A DNA stretch of 64,000 bases from the human T2T-CHM13v2.0 reference genome, Homo sapiens. The notes beneath the pieces were generated by a model, which had not been told where the DNA came from, made no database searches, and saw only the letters and a program-made list of their open reading frames with translations. This document shows positions 60,370 to 64,000 of the stretch, one piece after another. The translations under genes were made by a program, and so were the position numbers. The stretch's first letter is position 1. The number at the start of each line of letters is the position of its first letter. The stretch lies in NCBI RefSeq assembly GCF_009914755.1, contig NC_060928.1. The stretch is one strand, 5' to 3'.

Positions 60370-60589
60370 TAACTCTCAGATGCTCTTAAATTATTAAGTA
60401 CCTTTTCTCTCAAGTTGTCTTAGGTATGGTTAGATTAAATACACATCACCAAAGTGTATAGCTATAGTGTATTTTATATACCCAAGTGTTCGTCTTCAGA
60501 GCAGTCCTCAGAGAAAACTGCCATCATCTGTATTGAACATGTGTTCTCTAGTCCTTCCATATTGGTTAATGATTATATATTTGTGTATA

Positions 60590-60672
60590 TACCAAGCTAA
60601 ATCATATGAAATTGCCAATATTTGGTTTTCTGGCCTATACAATTAGAAGTTGAATATGATTCAAACCCAATA
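60590..60672. mobile_element. MADE2-like mariner MITE
   Basis: aatcatatgaaattgccaatatt...atatgattcaaacccaata resembles the recalled MADE2 consensus. Confidence 0.7.
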
Positions 60673-61252
60673 TTTATGCTTTGGGTGTGAATTACTAGTT
60701 TCTTCCAAGACACTTGATCCTGGGCGATGGGAATATGTTTAGCTTCTTCAAATTGACTTGAACAGCCTCACCTGAAATAAAGCCTTTCTTTTCTGGACAT
60801 TTCCAGGAAAAGCCAGTCTTGCTATTTCTTGAATAGAGTGAACTGTTGCAAGTAAACTGGATGAGAACTGTTATCTGACTCTGACTCATTTTAGTTTAAT
60901 CCAGCTGCCAATTGTTCATAAATGTCTCTTGGGACCTATGTAGATTCTTCACTTATTAGATTAACACTATATTTTCATGAAAAGATAGTCTTTTCACTTA
61001 AAATGAGGAGTTAAATTTTGCCTTAAAATCTGAACTCCTGTTAGTAATATCATGTTCATACATTTCCTAATTGTATTCTGAATCACAAAAATGAATAATT
61101 CTGATTCATCATAACACAAATGCTTATATTAACAATATTTTCCTGCACATACAATATATTATTAAATAGAATTTACTTAGTATGGGAGACTTTGCAACAT
61201 ATCTCTTATCTCCTTTCCATTTGCCTTATTATGATATTTTGTTAGAAATTTT

Positions 61253-61528
61253 GGCCGGCCACAGGGATTCATGCCTGTAATCTCAGTGCTTTGGGAGGCA
61301 AGGGTGGAAGGATCTCTTGAGGCCAGGAGTTTGAGACTATCCTGGACAACATAACAAGATCCCATCTCTACAAAAAAATTAGCCAGGCATGGTGGCATGC
61401 ACCTGTATGTAGCAGGAGGATCTCTTGAGCCCAGGTTTCTACATTACAGTGACTATGATTGGATCCCTGCACTCCAGCCTGGGCAACAAGTGAACCTGTC
61501 TCAAAAAAGGAAAGAAAAGAAAACAAAA
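61253..61528 (+). mobile_element. AluJ SINE with right-arm deletion
   Basis: ttgaggccaggagtttgag; lacks tcccagctactcgggaggctgag. Confidence 0.93.
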
Positions 61529-61919
61529 AGTACCAGCTTGGTCTCAGCATCTGATTCTTGCCTTGGCCTTGTTCCAATTGCCATTGCCTTCAACAAGAGG
61601 ATTTATCATTTCCCAATTCTAACTCCCACCCCAACTGTATATTCTAACTGACCCATGGATTCTTTCAATATTGGAAACTATGTAAGATTAAGTTTACCTC
61701 TTTGATATATTTCTCATTAAAGCATTGCATGCATTTCCTCACATTCTCATGAACTATATTGGTGAATTGGTATGGTAAGGGTGCAAATTAGTTTTGCCTT
61801 TTTCCTTTATAAGTGGACATTGGTTTCTAAAATAATTCTACCAGGAGCTAGAATTATTGGCAGACTCAAATCATAAAACTTTTTGTTAGTTTCTCAAATT
61901 AAAATATTTTGAAGGTTTT

Positions 61920-62620
61920 ATTTAAAATTTTAATTGAAGTATAACATATGTAAAAGACTGGCAAAATTGTAAGGATTCATCTCAATGAATTGTCATGTGG
62001 TAACCCATACTCAAGAAAAGAGACAGAATATTAGTAGCTACCATGAGGCCCTACTTTCTCCTCCCCACTAGAAAGAGTTACTTTTACTTCTAACACCAGA
62101 GATCAGATTTTCTGATTTTAAGATTTATGTAGTTGAAATTACACTGTGTAAGTTCTTTTATTGCATCTTTTCCTCAACATTGTGGTTATAAGAGTCATCC
62201 GTATCACTGGGTGCAGCTGTAATGCCTCCGTTCTCATTGCCCTCATACAAATCCATTGTATGGACATTGCGCAATTTGTCCATTCTACTACTAATGAAAA
62301 TCTGAGTGGTTCCCAGGTCTTGGCTCTTATAAATAATGCCACTATGATCACCATATAATTTCTTTTGGTGCTTATTTCTGGAATTACTAAAATTTAGGAT
62401 ATAGCTATATCAATTTAGTAGGTAACAGTTACCAACAAGTTGTTAAAAATAGGTGTCGCAATTTACATTCACACTAGCAATGTTTGATAATTGCACCTGC
62501 TCCAGGTCCTCACCTCACCTTACCAGTCTTACTTAATTTAGTTATCTTTGCAGGTGTACAATAGCACATAGCTTTTAATGTTGATTTTGTTTTATTGATT
62601 ATCAATAAGTGTGAACAACT
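61920..62620 (-). mobile_element. L1ME 3' region
   Basis: ttaattgaagtataacat...tttgtccattctactactaatg...caatttacattcacactagcaatgt. Confidence 0.8.
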
Positions 62621-62819
62621 TTTTAATTGGCCATAGCAGGAATTCATCAATTTTTAAAAATCTATCAACTTAATGCCTTTAAATAATGAAATATTGTAGA
62701 CTCACCAACATTGTTTCAGAAGTTCTAATAGTCTACCTGTAGAAGTATAAGAAAGTACAATATAAAATCTTGTATCTATACATCTGGAATATTGCTATTT
62801 GAGAACACTAAGAATTTCT

Positions 62820-63010
62820 AGGTAACTCTAGCATGTGCCATGAATTACTCTAAGAACTTTACAGAAACTAAGTGGTTTAATTTTCATGAGACTCACATGA
62901 GTCTAATACAATTGTTATCTCAATTCTACAAATGAAGTAACTGAGGTACAGAAACAGGGACATAACTTGCCCCTGCTCACACATTAAATAAGTGACATAC
63001 ACAGTGTCCC
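62820..63010 (-). mobile_element. MIR SINE
   Basis: ttctacaaatgaagtaactgaggtacaga...taacttgccc. Confidence 0.7.
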
Positions 63011-63899
63011 CATGCTGTGAGGCCTCTCCAAGTTTTATTTAAAACATTAGAAAGTAGAGTAGAATAATACATATTGATGTATTTTTTAGAATAATAATTA
63101 CAAATAGAGTAAGTTTGAAATAATATTGAAGATTTACCCTATATTTAACATTCCCTAAATGCAAAAAAAATTCTGTGTTGCTGAAGCAAAATACAACCCA
63201 AGCTGATGATGAATTTCATAAAAGACTGAGATAAACAAATATATTTTAAAAGAATTTTTAACTCTAAGATTGGGTAACTCTTTCTACATTAGTGTAATGA
63301 GAATAGTGAACCTTTGAAATGAGTAAAAAATATGGAAAATGTTAATGATCTTGAGTTGCACATATTTTGCATTATGAGCAACATTTCTGGTTGCTAAATG
63401 CTAACTATATTATGCACAGTGTACGACGTGGGTGAGTTAATGTTGCTAGGGAACTTTTAGTGTCTAGATTGCTTTGTTTTTGTGTATTTAAATTTGCAAA
63501 CTCAACATTATGTTAGGATACCTTCTGGCATTTAATTAGGTTCCATTCCATGATTTTAAACTTAAATGTGCCTTAATGTGGAAGATTTTGTTATTTCCAT
63601 CTTCCATTCCATTTCTTGTTCCTAGTAGTTATAATCATAATATAGTGAAATAGGGTACTTAGCGTTTCCTAGTAGACCTGAGTACAAAATATCTTTAGAA
63701 CATCTTTAAACATTTTTGTGAATGTACCTTTTTCCTTCTAGGTAGGAGATCTTCCTGTTTATGGGTCCATGATAATCACTCTCCAGGAGAGGGGAGTTTT
63801 GGATGCCATGAAATATCCATACTAAAAAAAATGAAGTCCTTAAATTAACAAGAGAAGGGTCTCTCCCCATGTGACAGGCATACACTTTAGCCCCCTAAC

Positions 63900-64000
63900 T
63901 AGGGTTGCCCAATTTAGCAAATAAATAAACAAACAAGACATCCAGTTAAATATCAATTTTGAGTAACATTTTTAAGTATAATATGTTCCAAATATTGCAT
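63900..64000 (+). mobile_element. MER53 hAT MITE (cut by the window edge)
   Basis: tagggttgcccaatttagcaaataaa...catccagttaaat...tttaagtataatatgttcc. Confidence 0.8.

Overview
AT-rich, CpG-depleted primate (human-like) genomic DNA, either intergenic or deep intronic. I can support no protein-coding exon, tRNA, rRNA, CRISPR array or CpG island. The ORFs I examined come from repeats (Alu, L1, THE1/MLT LTRs, microsatellites) or look like chance frames. The window is a layered transposon record: about 18 Alus (J, S and Y, many with target-site duplications [TSDs]), old L1M fragments, the 5' half of an L1PB, MIR and L2 relics, MaLR/ERVL solo LTRs, a two-LTR THE1 element, and hAT and mariner DNA-transposon relics. 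Best second-look items: (1) four ERV1 solo LTRs nested inside each other at 47.8-51.1 kb, each with a readable 4-bp TSD; (2) a 63-nt pre-miRNA-like hairpin at 46449-46511 whose imperfections are mostly G-U wobbles on the + strand; (3) a near-perfect RFX X-box next to a GT-box at about 55.45 kb, a possible ciliary/testis promoter or enhancer, with + strand splice acceptors and a miR-548-type MADE1 hairpin downstream. I found no convincing new biological system. Repeat subfamily names are from my recall of consensus sequences and need RepeatMasker/Dfam confirmation.
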